Shown one piece after another: positions 8,921 through 18,370 of a DNA stretch of 64,000 nt. The stretch's first letter is position 1, and the number at the start of each line of letters is the position of its first letter. The stretch is taken from NCBI GenBank assembly GCA_030637655.1, contig DAOWGI010000027.1, positions 40,329 to 104,328 on the forward strand. The letters are read 5' to 3'. Both the position numbers and the translations under genes were made by a program. Below the pieces are notes generated by a model. The model was given only the letters and a program-made list of their open reading frames with translations, had not been told where the DNA came from and made no database searches. Source of the stretch: a candidate division FCPU426 bacterium. GTDB taxonomy: Bacteria > Oederibacteriota > JAAXVQ01 > JAUVAV01.

Positions 8921-9484
8921 CTATCGCACTGTTATTTTTTTCATCACGTCGCCAATTTTTATCGTTTGTACAACATCCATACCCGTAGTGACTTGACCAA
9001 ACACCGTGTACTGTTCGTCCAGATGAGGACTTCTATTTAAGCAAATATAAAATTGGCTGCCCGCGGAATCAGGATCCTGCGCGCGTGCCATAGCCACTGT
9101 GCCGACAAGGTGTTTTTGCCGGTTGAACTCGGCCTTAATTGCATAACCCGGGCCGCCGCTGCCGTCTCCTTTAGGACAGCCTCCTTGCACAACAAAATTA
9201 GGAGCCACTCGATGAAAGGTCAAACCATCATAAAAACCTTTTTGTGCCAGCTTAATAAAATTCGCAACCGTGTCCGGCGCGTCTTCGGGATAAAATTTAA
9301 AAACAATTTCACCCTTCTCGGTTTGAATGACCGCTTCAGTAAATATTTTCGCTTCTGCTTTCGGTGTTTCGCTCATTGGTTTTGCTTTCTCCTCCTTGTC
9401 AGCTTGATCCGGGGGCACGCTCGCGCAACCACCCAAGAGCAGCACCATCACGCCGGCTGCCGCGATCCATTGTCTTATTAGCAT
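8921..9484 (-). CDS. ppiB: Cyclophilin-type peptidyl-prolyl cis-trans isomerase, lipoprotein
   Basis: FHRVAPNFVVQGGCPKGDGSGGPGY cyclophilin signature. Start taken at MLIRQW (ATG 9484, GGAGGG RBS). Lipobox LLGGCAS. Confidence 0.8.
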   Translation of the reverse strand: MLIRQWIAAAGVMVLLLGGCASVPPDQADKEEKAKPMSETPKAEAKIFTEAVIQTEKGEIVFKFYPEDAPDTVANFIKLAQKGFYDGLTFHRVAPNFVVQGGCPKGDGSGGPGYAIKAEFNRQKHLVGTVAMARAQDPDSAGSQFYICLNRSPHLDEQYTVFGQVTTGMDVVQTIKIGDVMKKITVR

Positions 9485-9575
9485 AATTATTTCCTCCCTC
9501 TGTAAAAATAGCGATGTGTCATCATACCTTAAAATAATGTTTTTTAAAAATAAAAATTCGCGTAATTTATTTCCA

Positions 9576-9619
9576 CCATAAATGTAGGGGCACGGCATGC
9601 CGTGCCCCTACATTTATGG
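9576..9619. terminator. Perfect 44-bp palindrome ccataaatgtaggggcacggcatgccgtgcccctacatttatgg (bidirectional terminator or protein-binding site)
   Basis: Perfect dyad symmetry, followed by a T-run (9620-9635). Lies between convergently ending genes. Related gtaggggc..gcccctac palindrome at 28649-28675. Confidence 0.5.
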
Positions 9620-9656
9620 TTATTATTTTTTGCAAGCCTACCCGGCACTTAAACAA

Positions 9657-10766
9657 TTAATATTTATACAACACCATTTTTCGCAATTCTTTGGCTTGAC
9701 CATCTAGTATCACACGATAGAAATAAATACCGCCTGCTAAAGAGTTGGTATTAAAAGCAATGCGATTCAATCCGTGCCGGCAATCCGCAGTAACCAGACC
9801 AACGCGTTCTCCGGCCGGATTATATATAACAATGCGCACCGGACAGTCTTGGTTAACGTATTTATCCTCACTTACTTTTATTAAGAAATAGGTTGGCCTG
9901 CCGATTTTTACCGGATTGGGATAGAAATAAGCCTCCTCGAATTCCTCCCAAGGCCGCTGCGTCCAGGTTGCGGTTACGCGCGGCGTATGGCTGGAGGTGG
10001 GAGATATTGTTGGTGTTAAGGTAACTGTTAGAGTAGCCGATATCGTTGGTGTAATAGTAACGGTTGCCGACGGAGTAAAAGTAGAAGTATTCGTATACGT
10101 AGCTGAATACGTAGCTGTCATAGTTTCAGTTGGGGTGTTGGTATTAGTGCCGGTCCAGGTAGGTGTCATAGTCACTGTGGGCGAATAATACGGTGTTTCT
10201 GTTTCGGTTGGCGTCATTGTTCTTGTCATAGTCGCGGTTTCTGTTTCAGAGGCAGTTGGAGTTGCTGTCTCGGTATTTGTCCAAGTCAGTGTGGCGCTCG
10301 CTGTTTCAGTAAACGTCTTGGTTGGTGTATCCGTCGGTGTGGGACTTGAAGTTATGGTTTCTGTCGCTGTCAGAGAAGGTGTCAGACTTATCGTTATTGT
10401 ATTGCTGGGCGTGTTACTAGGTGTTAATGTTGGACTAATCGTTATGGTCTCGCTCGGTGTACTGGTTGGAATAGAAGTAGGCGTTGGCGTAGGTGTGTTG
10501 GTTGGAATTACAAATAATTGCGCATGCAGAAATCCTGCAAAGTTAATATAATTTGTCGAATACACGCTATCTGCACCGGCCTGACTTATCGCAGTTATGA
10601 TACCATAATTAGTAGACCACGCCAGCTCCCCGCCGCTGTCCTGCACATCATCCACACCAGTGTAATTAGTTGAGGAGAAATTGCTATGCGCCCGAAGGTT
10701 GTGTGTCATGCCAATCAACAAACAGCTCAAGCACAATATTATCTTTATTACACAAGTATCCTTCAT
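9657..10766 (-). CDS. Secreted protein with Thr/Pro-rich linker repeats and a T9SS-type C-terminal sorting domain (TIGR04183-like)
   Basis: Signal peptide. About 180 aa of TPTPT/TETAT low-complexity repeats. C-terminus YFYPNP..VRIVIYNPAGERV..GGIYFYRV..KMVLYK matches the Por secretion CTD pattern. Confidence 0.65.
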   Translation of the reverse strand: MKDTCVIKIILCLSCLLIGMTHNLRAHSNFSSTNYTGVDDVQDSGGELAWSTNYGIITAISQAGADSVYSTNYINFAGFLHAQLFVIPTNTPTPTPTSIPTSTPSETITISPTLTPSNTPSNTITISLTPSLTATETITSSPTPTDTPTKTFTETASATLTWTNTETATPTASETETATMTRTMTPTETETPYYSPTVTMTPTWTGTNTNTPTETMTATYSATYTNTSTFTPSATVTITPTISATLTVTLTPTISPTSSHTPRVTATWTQRPWEEFEEAYFYPNPVKIGRPTYFLIKVSEDKYVNQDCPVRIVIYNPAGERVGLVTADCRHGLNRIAFNTNSLAGGIYFYRVILDGQAKELRKMVLYKY

Positions 10767-10787
10767 GCCACCTTCCCCAATCTTGAA

Positions 10788-12056
10788 TTAAAACGCCGGA
10801 TACAGTGCACCTGTACTGTCTTGATTGCAAATACCGCTTGGACCACCATAGCCCGGCACAATGGCAGCTCCGGTTATAGTATCCACATAATCAAAAGCCG
10901 GATTCCCGTTATAGGTCACGTTAAAGCTTACGCGCCCCATACCGGGCGGACCACCGCCTGCAACACCAATACCGATCGATGACCCGGGTCCACCTGAACT
11001 TTGATATAACACAGAATTTTCCAAAATAAAAATGTGCGGCGCTTGAGTGCCGCCGTCGGTAATACCGGAACAACCCATCGCGCTGGCTGTTCTCAGGTCA
11101 ACAACGCAATTTTCAACTCTGCAATTTAAACTACCCCCCGCCAATATTCCAGTAACTTGTGCGCCTGCCGCCGCATAGAAGATTGTCGTGTCCACAATAT
11201 CCGCCCCTGTTGAGCCGCTAATATCAATGGCAGGCGCATTGGAATCTGAAACATATTCTATCTTACATTCCCGCACATACGGATAACTTATTCCTGATGC
11301 TATTACTACCGGATTTCCTGAACTGGTTATCATTAACGATTCCAAGACTGATCCGTCTGCCAACGCGATCCGCCCGCTTCCCAAAGCCAACTCGGTTGCA
11401 TTCCAACCTTGCCCGCGCACGGTCACCCAAGCTGGTACAAAAACTATTCCACCGCCACCAAATGTTCCGGGTTCACTATAACGGCCGGCTTTTACCTCAA
11501 TTACCCATTGTGTGCTAATACTAGGCGCCGGGGCAAGTGCAGTGGTAAAAGCACCCTGCCCCAGGAGCATGTCAATGGCGCCACTGACCGTACATGTATC
11601 ACCGCCATCGTGCGCCACAGTCAAAACCTGTTGGTATACCACTTTCCTGGCTGCCATGGCATAGGCGGCATTGGAAAGCAAATGTTGGGGTGCCATAGTC
11701 TCCCACGACGTTGTGGTAGGATGGTATACTTCAATTTCCAAATAATATGGTTCCCGAAAAGTCTCAGCAATCATTACCGGCGAACTGACAGACTCGCCCA
11801 ATACGACATTAAAAATACCATTAATTATGGCAACACTGTTGTGGGTTTCAACCCAATTTAAGGCTGTGCCGCCGGCATCATACAGCCGGAAGCGAAGATT
11901 CCTGGTTCCATTGATCGGAGTTTTCGTGGCGGAGTCGATCAAATATCCCTGATAATTCATTTTCTTGGAAATTTGAATCGTAGCCGTAGCTGAGAGAGTA
12001 AAGGCCAACAGACATACCAGGGCAAGTATTAGTGTGTTCAGTTGTTTCTTAAACAT
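10788..12056 (-). CDS. Secreted right-handed beta-helix (pectate-lyase-like) repeat protein
   Basis: Signal peptide. Gly/Ser/Ala-rich segments with NCxV-type parallel beta-helix repeats. Function unknown. Confidence 0.45.
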   Translation of the reverse strand: MFKKQLNTLILALVCLLAFTLSATATIQISKKMNYQGYLIDSATKTPINGTRNLRFRLYDAGGTALNWVETHNSVAIINGIFNVVLGESVSSPVMIAETFREPYYLEIEVYHPTTTSWETMAPQHLLSNAAYAMAARKVVYQQVLTVAHDGGDTCTVSGAIDMLLGQGAFTTALAPAPSISTQWVIEVKAGRYSEPGTFGGGGIVFVPAWVTVRGQGWNATELALGSGRIALADGSVLESLMITSSGNPVVIASGISYPYVRECKIEYVSDSNAPAIDISGSTGADIVDTTIFYAAAGAQVTGILAGGSLNCRVENCVVDLRTASAMGCSGITDGGTQAPHIFILENSVLYQSSGGPGSSIGIGVAGGGPPGMGRVSFNVTYNGNPAFDYVDTITGAAIVPGYGGPSGICNQDSTGALYPAF

Positions 12057-12224
12057 TTACTTATCCTCCTCAGGAATAATAACAAATATGTAAATTATAA
12101 ACCCATTGACAAAAGATGCAATCTTTTTTCCATTTCGTTTGTAATATATCAGTGAAGTGCTGTGTTTTGTCAAATAACCCGGAAACATACGGTCTGCTAA
12201 TTTATTTTTTAGGTTAAGTAGCGG

Positions 12225-14318
12225 TTATTGGTTTAATGATTTTTTTAGGTAGTTCAAGGTGCCGCCGGCCAGTATGATTTCTAATTGCCGGGCGGAAAGT
12301 TTGCAATCCATTTCCCATTCAGCGCCTGTGGTCTTGTTTTTCACCAATACCGGCTTACCGGTTATCAGACGAATCTTCAGGCCCGGCAAACTCAATTCAT
12401 GTCCTGGTTCAATCTTGCTGTAGTCTTTAGGATCAATAAAACACAGCGGTAATATTCCGAAATTAATTAAATTGGCAAAATGAATACGAGCAAAGGATTT
12501 TGTCAACACAGCCCGAACTCCCAAATACCGGGGCGCGAGCGCTGCGTGTTCGCGAGACGATCCTTGGCCATAGTTTTCTCCCCCCACCACATAGCCGCCC
12601 TGCAGGGACTTAGCCCGAACGGAAAATCCGGCATCTATTCCGGAAAACACAAAGGCTGAGATGGCGGTAATATTGGAACGTAAGGGCAGTATTTTGGCTC
12701 CTGCGGGCATGATATCATCAGTGGTTATGTTGTCTCCGAATTTGGCCAGCACTTGACCGTTGTCCTCATCCGGCAGTTCGTTAAAATGCGGCAAGGCTTG
12801 AATGTTGGGACCGCGCACGACATCAACCTGCTTACCCTTGGCCGAGGGTTTGAGCATTAGGCTGTCTGAGATCTCCGCGCGTTTGGGAAAGGCAAACTTT
12901 TTTATACTCTTTATTTGCCTGGGGTCCGCGACTTCTCCCAACAAAGCAGCGGTAGCTGCGGTTTCCGGCGAAACCAAGTAGATTTCTGCGTCAGCTGTTC
13001 CGGAACGTCCTTTGAAGTTCCGGTTAAAGGTCCGCAAACTCACTGCTTTAGTGCCGGGTGCCTGTCCCATACCTATGCAGGCACCACACGCCGGTTCCAG
13101 CACGCGTGCGCCCGCGGCCAGCAAGGAAGCCAACGCTCCGTTCTTGGCCAGGGCAGTGAGTACTTGTTGTGATCCGGGATTGATAACCAAGGAGACAGTT
13201 GGATGCACCTGCTTCCCTGCCAGCATTCCGGCTACAGTAATTAAATCCTGCAACGAAGAATTGGTGCATGAGCCAATCGCTACTTGCTGAGGTTTCAAGC
13301 CCTTGAGTTCCCGCACCGGTACTACAGCATCCGGCGAATGCGGTTTGGCAACTAAAGGTTCTACTTTGGAAAGATCAAGGGTAATTTCTCCACCAGTATA
13401 CGCAGCGCCGGGATCTGCAGCCAGCGGTGTGTAATCTTTTATTCGGCCTTGGTAATGCAAAAATGCTTTGGTCACTTCATCCGACGGAAACACGCTGGTG
13501 GTTGCCCCGGTTTCCGCTCCCATATTGGTAATGGTTGCTCTTTCCGGAATGGTCAAGGTTTTTACGCCGGGCCCGGCATATTCCAATATTTTTCCCACGC
13601 CGCCTTTTACCGAAATCCGGCGCAGCACTTCCAGAATAACGTCCTTGGCAGAAACGTTTTTTTTCAACTTACCAATAAGCTTGATTTTAATAATTTCAGG
13701 AAAAGTTAAATAAAAAGGCGCACCACCCATGGCTGCCGCCACATCCAATCCACCCGCACCAATCGCAATCATGCCTAATCCTCCACCGGTGGGTGTATGC
13801 GAGTCTGAACCCAATAAGGTTGCCCCGGGTTTGCCAAATCGTTCCAAATGCAATTGGTGACAAATACCGTTGCCCGGACGCGAAAACAAGGCCCCGTATT
13901 TTTTTGCCATGCTCTGCAGGAAAGCATGGTCATCCGCGTTTTCAAAACCGGTCTGCAGCGTATTGTGATCCACATAGGAAACCGACAATTGAGTGCACAC
14001 GCGCGCACATCCCAGGGCCTCAAACTGGAGCCACGCCATGGTGCCCGTAGCATCTTGGGTTAGGGTCTGGTCTATCCGCATTGCCATGGGTTGTCCGGGC
14101 GTACAAACTCCTTCCCCACAATGCGCAGCCAATATTTTTTCCACAACCGTCTTAGGCTTGCTTTTTTCCACAACTTGTTTGGCTATATTTTGCGGATGAA
14201 TATCAACTTTCTTTTTTGCGTTTTCGGCGGTTTTGGTTCTGTTTTTCGTTGTAATTATTTTTTTTGTCTGGCGTTTCATCCGACTATTCCTTTCGATAAG
14301 CCTGTGGGCCCTGTTCAA
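12225..14318 (-). CDS. acn: Aconitate hydratase (aconitase family, fused catalytic and swivel domains)
   Basis: 697 aa. Fe-S ligand cysteines (GSCTNS, CGACIG). C-terminal swivel domain. Lys-rich N-terminal extension, so the exact start is uncertain. Part of the TCA gene cluster. Confidence 0.75.
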   Translation of the reverse strand: MNRAHRLIERNSRMKRQTKKIITTKNRTKTAENAKKKVDIHPQNIAKQVVEKSKPKTVVEKILAAHCGEGVCTPGQPMAMRIDQTLTQDATGTMAWLQFEALGCARVCTQLSVSYVDHNTLQTGFENADDHAFLQSMAKKYGALFSRPGNGICHQLHLERFGKPGATLLGSDSHTPTGGGLGMIAIGAGGLDVAAAMGGAPFYLTFPEIIKIKLIGKLKKNVSAKDVILEVLRRISVKGGVGKILEYAGPGVKTLTIPERATITNMGAETGATTSVFPSDEVTKAFLHYQGRIKDYTPLAADPGAAYTGGEITLDLSKVEPLVAKPHSPDAVVPVRELKGLKPQQVAIGSCTNSSLQDLITVAGMLAGKQVHPTVSLVINPGSQQVLTALAKNGALASLLAAGARVLEPACGACIGMGQAPGTKAVSLRTFNRNFKGRSGTADAEIYLVSPETAATAALLGEVADPRQIKSIKKFAFPKRAEISDSLMLKPSAKGKQVDVVRGPNIQALPHFNELPDEDNGQVLAKFGDNITTDDIMPAGAKILPLRSNITAISAFVFSGIDAGFSVRAKSLQGGYVVGGENYGQGSSREHAALAPRYLGVRAVLTKSFARIHFANLINFGILPLCFIDPKDYSKIEPGHELSLPGLKIRLITGKPVLVKNKTTGAEWEMDCKLSARQLEIILAGGTLNYLKKSLNQ

Positions 14319-14838
14319 ACAGATTCCCGCCTTTTAAGTCTATTGCCACTACCGCCGGAAAATTCTCTACTTTTAAACTATAGATTGCTTCCGGTCCCAG
14401 TTCCTCATAGGCAACAACCGCAGCGCCATGGACTTTTGCGCCGTAAAACGCTCCTGCGCCGCCGGCCGCAGAAAGATAGATCACTCCCCGGCGTTGGAAA
14501 TCAGCTACTGTGGTTTTTGACAATGGTCCTTTGCCCATGACTGCCACAACTCCCGCATCCAGGATGGCCGGCAGAAACGGTTCCATACGCCGGCTGGTGG
14601 TGGGGCCGGCTGAACCTACCGGTTCTCCCGGTGCCGGAGGTGTGGGGCCGACAAAATATATAAGTTGTTCTTTCAAATCAATGGGCGGTTGTTTTCCTTC
14701 TGTGACCAGGGCATGAATTCGTTTCAAAGCCTCATCGCGCGCTGTATACAAAGAACCGGTAAGATTAACCCATTCTCCGATTTTTATATCCTGTAATGCT
14801 TTTTTATCCAACGGCAGTTGCAACCATACTCCGCTCAT
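14284..14838 (-). CDS. fumB: Class I fumarate hydratase, beta (C-terminal domain) subunit
   Basis: Fe-S hydro-lyase beta-type sequence. Start ATG 14838 overlaps the alpha-subunit TGA (ATGA). GGAGGTG RBS. Confidence 0.8.
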   Translation of the reverse strand: MSGVWLQLPLDKKALQDIKIGEWVNLTGSLYTARDEALKRIHALVTEGKQPPIDLKEQLIYFVGPTPPAPGEPVGSAGPTTSRRMEPFLPAILDAGVVAVMGKGPLSKTTVADFQRRGVIYLSAAGGAGAFYGAKVHGAAVVAYEELGPEAIYSLKVENFPAVVAIDLKGGNLFEQGPQAYRKE

Positions 14839-15677
14839 AGTTTCACCTCCGCCAAACGATGACTGTGACATTCAAAGTTGACCGCCACCGGCATGGAAAC
14901 TATATGACAAGGCGCTGTTTCAATGGCCACTGACAGCGCTGTCGTGGATCCGCCCCAGCCTTGCGGCCCTACACCTAAAGTATTAATTTTTTCCAGAATA
15001 ATTTTTTCCAATTCCGCCGTTTCAACATCCGAGGATGCCTGACCAATTGGCCGCAGTAGAGCTTTCTTGGCCAACCAGGGGGCTGTATCAAAACTGCCGC
15101 CCACGCCAATGCCTAAGATTAAGGGCGGGCATGAGGCAGCGCCGTTTTCTCGGACGGCATTTACAACAAAATCTTGAACTCCCGTGTCACCGGCCGAGGG
15201 AAGCAGCATAGCAGATACGCTGGCATTCTCGCTTCCTCCGCCTTTGGCCATTACGTAAATTTTACAACCCTTGCCCGGAACAATTTGATAGTGCACTACC
15301 GCGGGGGTATTATCGCCGGTGTTGACACGCTTAAACGGATGTACGGATATGGAATGACGCAAACGCCCTTCCTCTGTGGCCTGACGCACACCGGCTTGTA
15401 ACGCTGCTTCCAGGTCACCGCCAATCACGTTTACTTCTTGACCCATTTCCACAAACAGAATGGTCATGCCGGTGTCCTGGCAAAGCGGATGTACTCCGGC
15501 TGCGGCCATTTTAGCATTTTCCAGCAACAACTTAATCGCCTGCCGGCCCAGCGGGGAAGCTTCGGTCTCGCCGGCTTGTTGCAACGCCGCTTTTAAGTCC
15601 GGTCGAATGTGATAATGAATGTTTTTTATGGCATTGACTATTGCAGTCTGGATTTCTCGAACATGGATCTTCCGCAT
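14835..15677 (-). CDS. fumA: Class I fumarate hydratase, alpha (N-terminal domain) subunit
   Basis: Fe-S hydro-lyase alpha-type sequence (CQDTGM). Start taken at MRKIHVREI (ATG 15677) behind a GGGAGGGAG RBS. Confidence 0.8.
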   Translation of the reverse strand: MRKIHVREIQTAIVNAIKNIHYHIRPDLKAALQQAGETEASPLGRQAIKLLLENAKMAAAGVHPLCQDTGMTILFVEMGQEVNVIGGDLEAALQAGVRQATEEGRLRHSISVHPFKRVNTGDNTPAVVHYQIVPGKGCKIYVMAKGGGSENASVSAMLLPSAGDTGVQDFVVNAVRENGAASCPPLILGIGVGGSFDTAPWLAKKALLRPIGQASSDVETAELEKIILEKINTLGVGPQGWGGSTTALSVAIETAPCHIVSMPVAVNFECHSHRLAEVKL

Positions 15678-15729
15678 CTTTTCTCCCTCCCGGTATTTAC
15701 CCATCCCGGCATCGCGGCCGACGGCTTGC

Positions 15730-16669
15730 CTAATTTAACCATTCGTCCACTTGACGACATAATGGTTGTGTCACTCCGGCAGACTTGGTTAATGCTTCTT
15801 TGTCTTGTGCTTCGAGTTGAATTTCCACCACCCGTTCAACACCTTGGCAACCTATGATAACCGGCACACCCAACACAATGTCTGCAAAGCCATATTCGCC
15901 CTGCAGTAAGGTGGCGCAAGGCAACAGCGCTTTCTCGTCATTCAATACTGCCGCGACCATCCGCACGGCAGCTGCGGCCGGCGCATAATAAGCGCTTCCG
16001 GTCTTTAGTAACTTGACAATCTCGCCGCCACCGGTACGGGTACGTTGGGCTATTTTCTCTAATTGTTCCAGAGACATTAATTCAGTTATCGGAGCGCCGG
16101 CCACACGGGTTAAACTGACACACGGTACCATCTCATCGCCATGTCCGCCCAAAACCATGGCCTCAATCACGTGTTGGGACACCTGGAGTGCTTCTGACAA
16201 AAAATACCGATAGCGCGCGGAATCCAATATTCCGGCCATACCAAAGACGCGCTCTTTGGGACAGTTCGCGGTTTTTAAAGCCGTATACGTCATGACATCC
16301 AAGGGATTGGTAACTACGATAATGATGGCCTGGGGCGAGGCCGAGGCAGCGTGACCAACCACAGCCTGGATAATGGCAAAATTTGTTTTAAACAAATCAT
16401 CCCTGCTCATCCCCGGTTTACGAGGTGACCCGGAGGTCACCACAATAATATCTGAATCTATGGTCTCTTCATAGTTTTGAGTGCCCACAACTCTGCCTTG
16501 GTATCCCAGGATGGGGCCGGACTGATTCATATCCAGCGCCTTGCCTTGGGCCAGTCCTTCGGCAATATCGACTAGTACCACGTTACCTAAATTTTGTGCC
16601 AATACCTGCCGGGCAACCTCTGCCCCGACGTTTCCCGCGCCAATTATCGTGATTTTTTTGCGTGCCATG
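15730..16669 (-). CDS. mdh: Malate dehydrogenase (LDH-like MDH family)
   Basis: Rossmann motif IIGAGNVGA. Substrate-specificity Arg in SPRKPGMSRDDL indicates MDH rather than LDH. Start taken at MARKK (ATG 16669, AAGGAGGA RBS). Confidence 0.85.
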
Positions 16670-16729
16670 GTATCCTCCTTGGCCGGCGATACTTCTGTTT
16701 TGGTAATAACTGCATGGTCACTCCACGGT

Positions 16730-16987
16730 CTAATGATGGTGGGAATGAACATTTGAAGAGTGCTCTGTTTGCTGCTGTGTGAGTTCAGCTTGGATTTCCG
16801 CTACAATCAACTCTAGATTTTCCAAGCGCATTTCCATATTAAACAGTGTCTCTTGAACATCCTGCTGCAAATTATTCAAGTTCTCTTCCAACCCCTTAAA
16901 CCGGGCTTGGATTGCTTTGAGAAGATATTCCGTGGTCTTGCTTTTTTTGTTCATCCCTTGTTTTGGTTTGGCTGTTTTCTTTTTCAT
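16730..16987 (-). CDS. Hypothetical small coiled-coil protein with a His-rich C-terminus
   Basis: ORF only; sits between icd and mdh in the same orientation. No recognisable domain. Confidence 0.3.
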   Translation of the reverse strand: MKKKTAKPKQGMNKKSKTTEYLLKAIQARFKGLEENLNNLQQDVQETLFNMEMRLENLELIVAEIQAELTQQQTEHSSNVHSHHH

Positions 16988-17122
16988 GGCAAGAACTTCC
17001 TTTGTTGAACTTTATATGAGGTGAAAGCGCGTTTTCTCTTTCGTTTAAATAGGCCTGAGTATCGTTTGAATTATATCCCGGCAACAGAATCAGCCTGTGG
17101 CCGGGACGCTGATCTTTTTTCG

Positions 17123-18367
17123 CTAAGCTAAATTCTCAATAATCTTCTGAGCAAAAACACTGCATTTTACTTCGCAAGCCCCGTCCAATTGACGGGCCAA
17201 ATCGTAGGTTACAACTTTACTCAAAATGGTTTTTTCCAAAGCCGCTTTAATCGCTTGGGCCGCTTCGGTCCAACCCAAGTGCTCCAGCAGCATAACGCCT
17301 GAGAGTATTAATGATCCTGGATTCACTTTGTCCTGACCAGCATACTTTGGCGCTGTCCCATGCGTGGCTTCAAACAAGGCTACTCCATCTGCCAGGTTGG
17401 CGCCTGGGGCCATACCCAGACCACCTACTTGGGCGGCACAGGCATCTGAGAGATAATCCCCGTTGAGGTTTGGAGTGGCAATCACCGAGTATTCATCCGG
17501 ACGTAATAACACTTGTTGAAACATGGCGTCGGCAATCCGGTCTTTAATCAGGATTTTTCCTTCCGGCATTTTGCCGGCATACTTTTCCCATAAATCCTTC
17601 TCACTAATAGTCTCTTCCGCAAATTCCAGAGCAGCCACCTCATAACCCCAGTCACGAAAAGCACCTTCGGTAAATTTCATGATGTTGCCTTTGTGCACCA
17701 AGGTCACATCAGGGCATTGGTGTTCAATCGCATAACGAATGGCAGCGCGCACGATACGATGTGTGTTTTTCCGGGTCATCGGTTTGATGCCGATTCCTGC
17801 TTCTTCGCTCACCGGTTTACCCAATTCATGCGTGATAAAACCCGCCAGTTTTTTTGCTTCTTCGCTGCCGGACGGCCATTCAATCCCGGCATAGACATCC
17901 TCCGTATTTTCGCGAAAAATCACTACCTTCAGTTTCTCCGGATGTTTGACCGGAGCAGGCGTGCCTCCATAATATCGCACCGGACGAACGCAAGCATACA
18001 AATCCAATAATTGGCGCAAACTTACATTTAAGGAACGAAAAGCTCCTCCCACCGGCGTGGTCAACGGCCCCTTGATAGCTACGCGGTATTTCCGGATGGC
18101 CTCCAGGGTTTCGTCCGGCAAGGCCGAAACTCCGGCGTTTACTGCTTTTTCACCGCATAAAATTTCCATCCATTTGATTTTTTTTCGGCCGTTATAGCTT
18201 TTAGCCGTTGCCGCGTCCAGCACTTGTTGGGTGGCTGCCCAAATATCCGGACCAATGCCATCTCCCTCAATAAAGGGAATAATCGGTTTGTCCGGAACCT
18301 GCAGCGAATTTTCTTTCCAGCCAATTATCTGACCGCCTGGTGGCTCCTCATAATTTAACTTCCGCAT
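17123..18367 (-). CDS. icd: Isocitrate dehydrogenase (NADP-dependent, homodimeric type)
   Basis: 414 aa. [15 protein letters not shown]-terminal motif and overall IDH similarity. Confidence 0.85.
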   Translation of the reverse strand: MRKLNYEEPPGGQIIGWKENSLQVPDKPIIPFIEGDGIGPDIWAATQQVLDAATAKSYNGRKKIKWMEILCGEKAVNAGVSALPDETLEAIRKYRVAIKGPLTTPVGGAFRSLNVSLRQLLDLYACVRPVRYYGGTPAPVKHPEKLKVVIFRENTEDVYAGIEWPSGSEEAKKLAGFITHELGKPVSEEAGIGIKPMTRKNTHRIVRAAIRYAIEHQCPDVTLVHKGNIMKFTEGAFRDWGYEVAALEFAEETISEKDLWEKYAGKMPEGKILIKDRIADAMFQQVLLRPDEYSVIATPNLNGDYLSDACAAQVGGLGMAPGANLADGVALFEATHGTAPKYAGQDKVNPGSLILSGVMLLEHLGWTEAAQAIKAALEKTILSKVVTYDLARQLDGACEVKCSVFAQKIIENLA

Positions 18368-18370
18368 ACC

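Noticed and set aside
9997-10551. Plus-strand ORFs encoding V/G-rich peptides
   Set aside because: They are the antisense reading of the Thr/Pro-repeat region of the T9SS-CTD gene, an artefact of repetitive DNA.
12100-12170. Possible sigma70 promoter (TTGACA at 12107) and a degenerate MITE terminus (gtaatatatcagtgaagtg) in the aconitase/beta-helix intergenic region
   Set aside because: The -10 element is poor and the orientation is opposite to the flanking minus-strand genes. The terminus match is a single short fragment without a partner, so it is not called as a feature.
16541-16782. ORFs 16541-16756 and 16594-16782 (+)
   Set aside because: Antisense to the mdh 5' end and the small coiled-coil ORF. 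No support.
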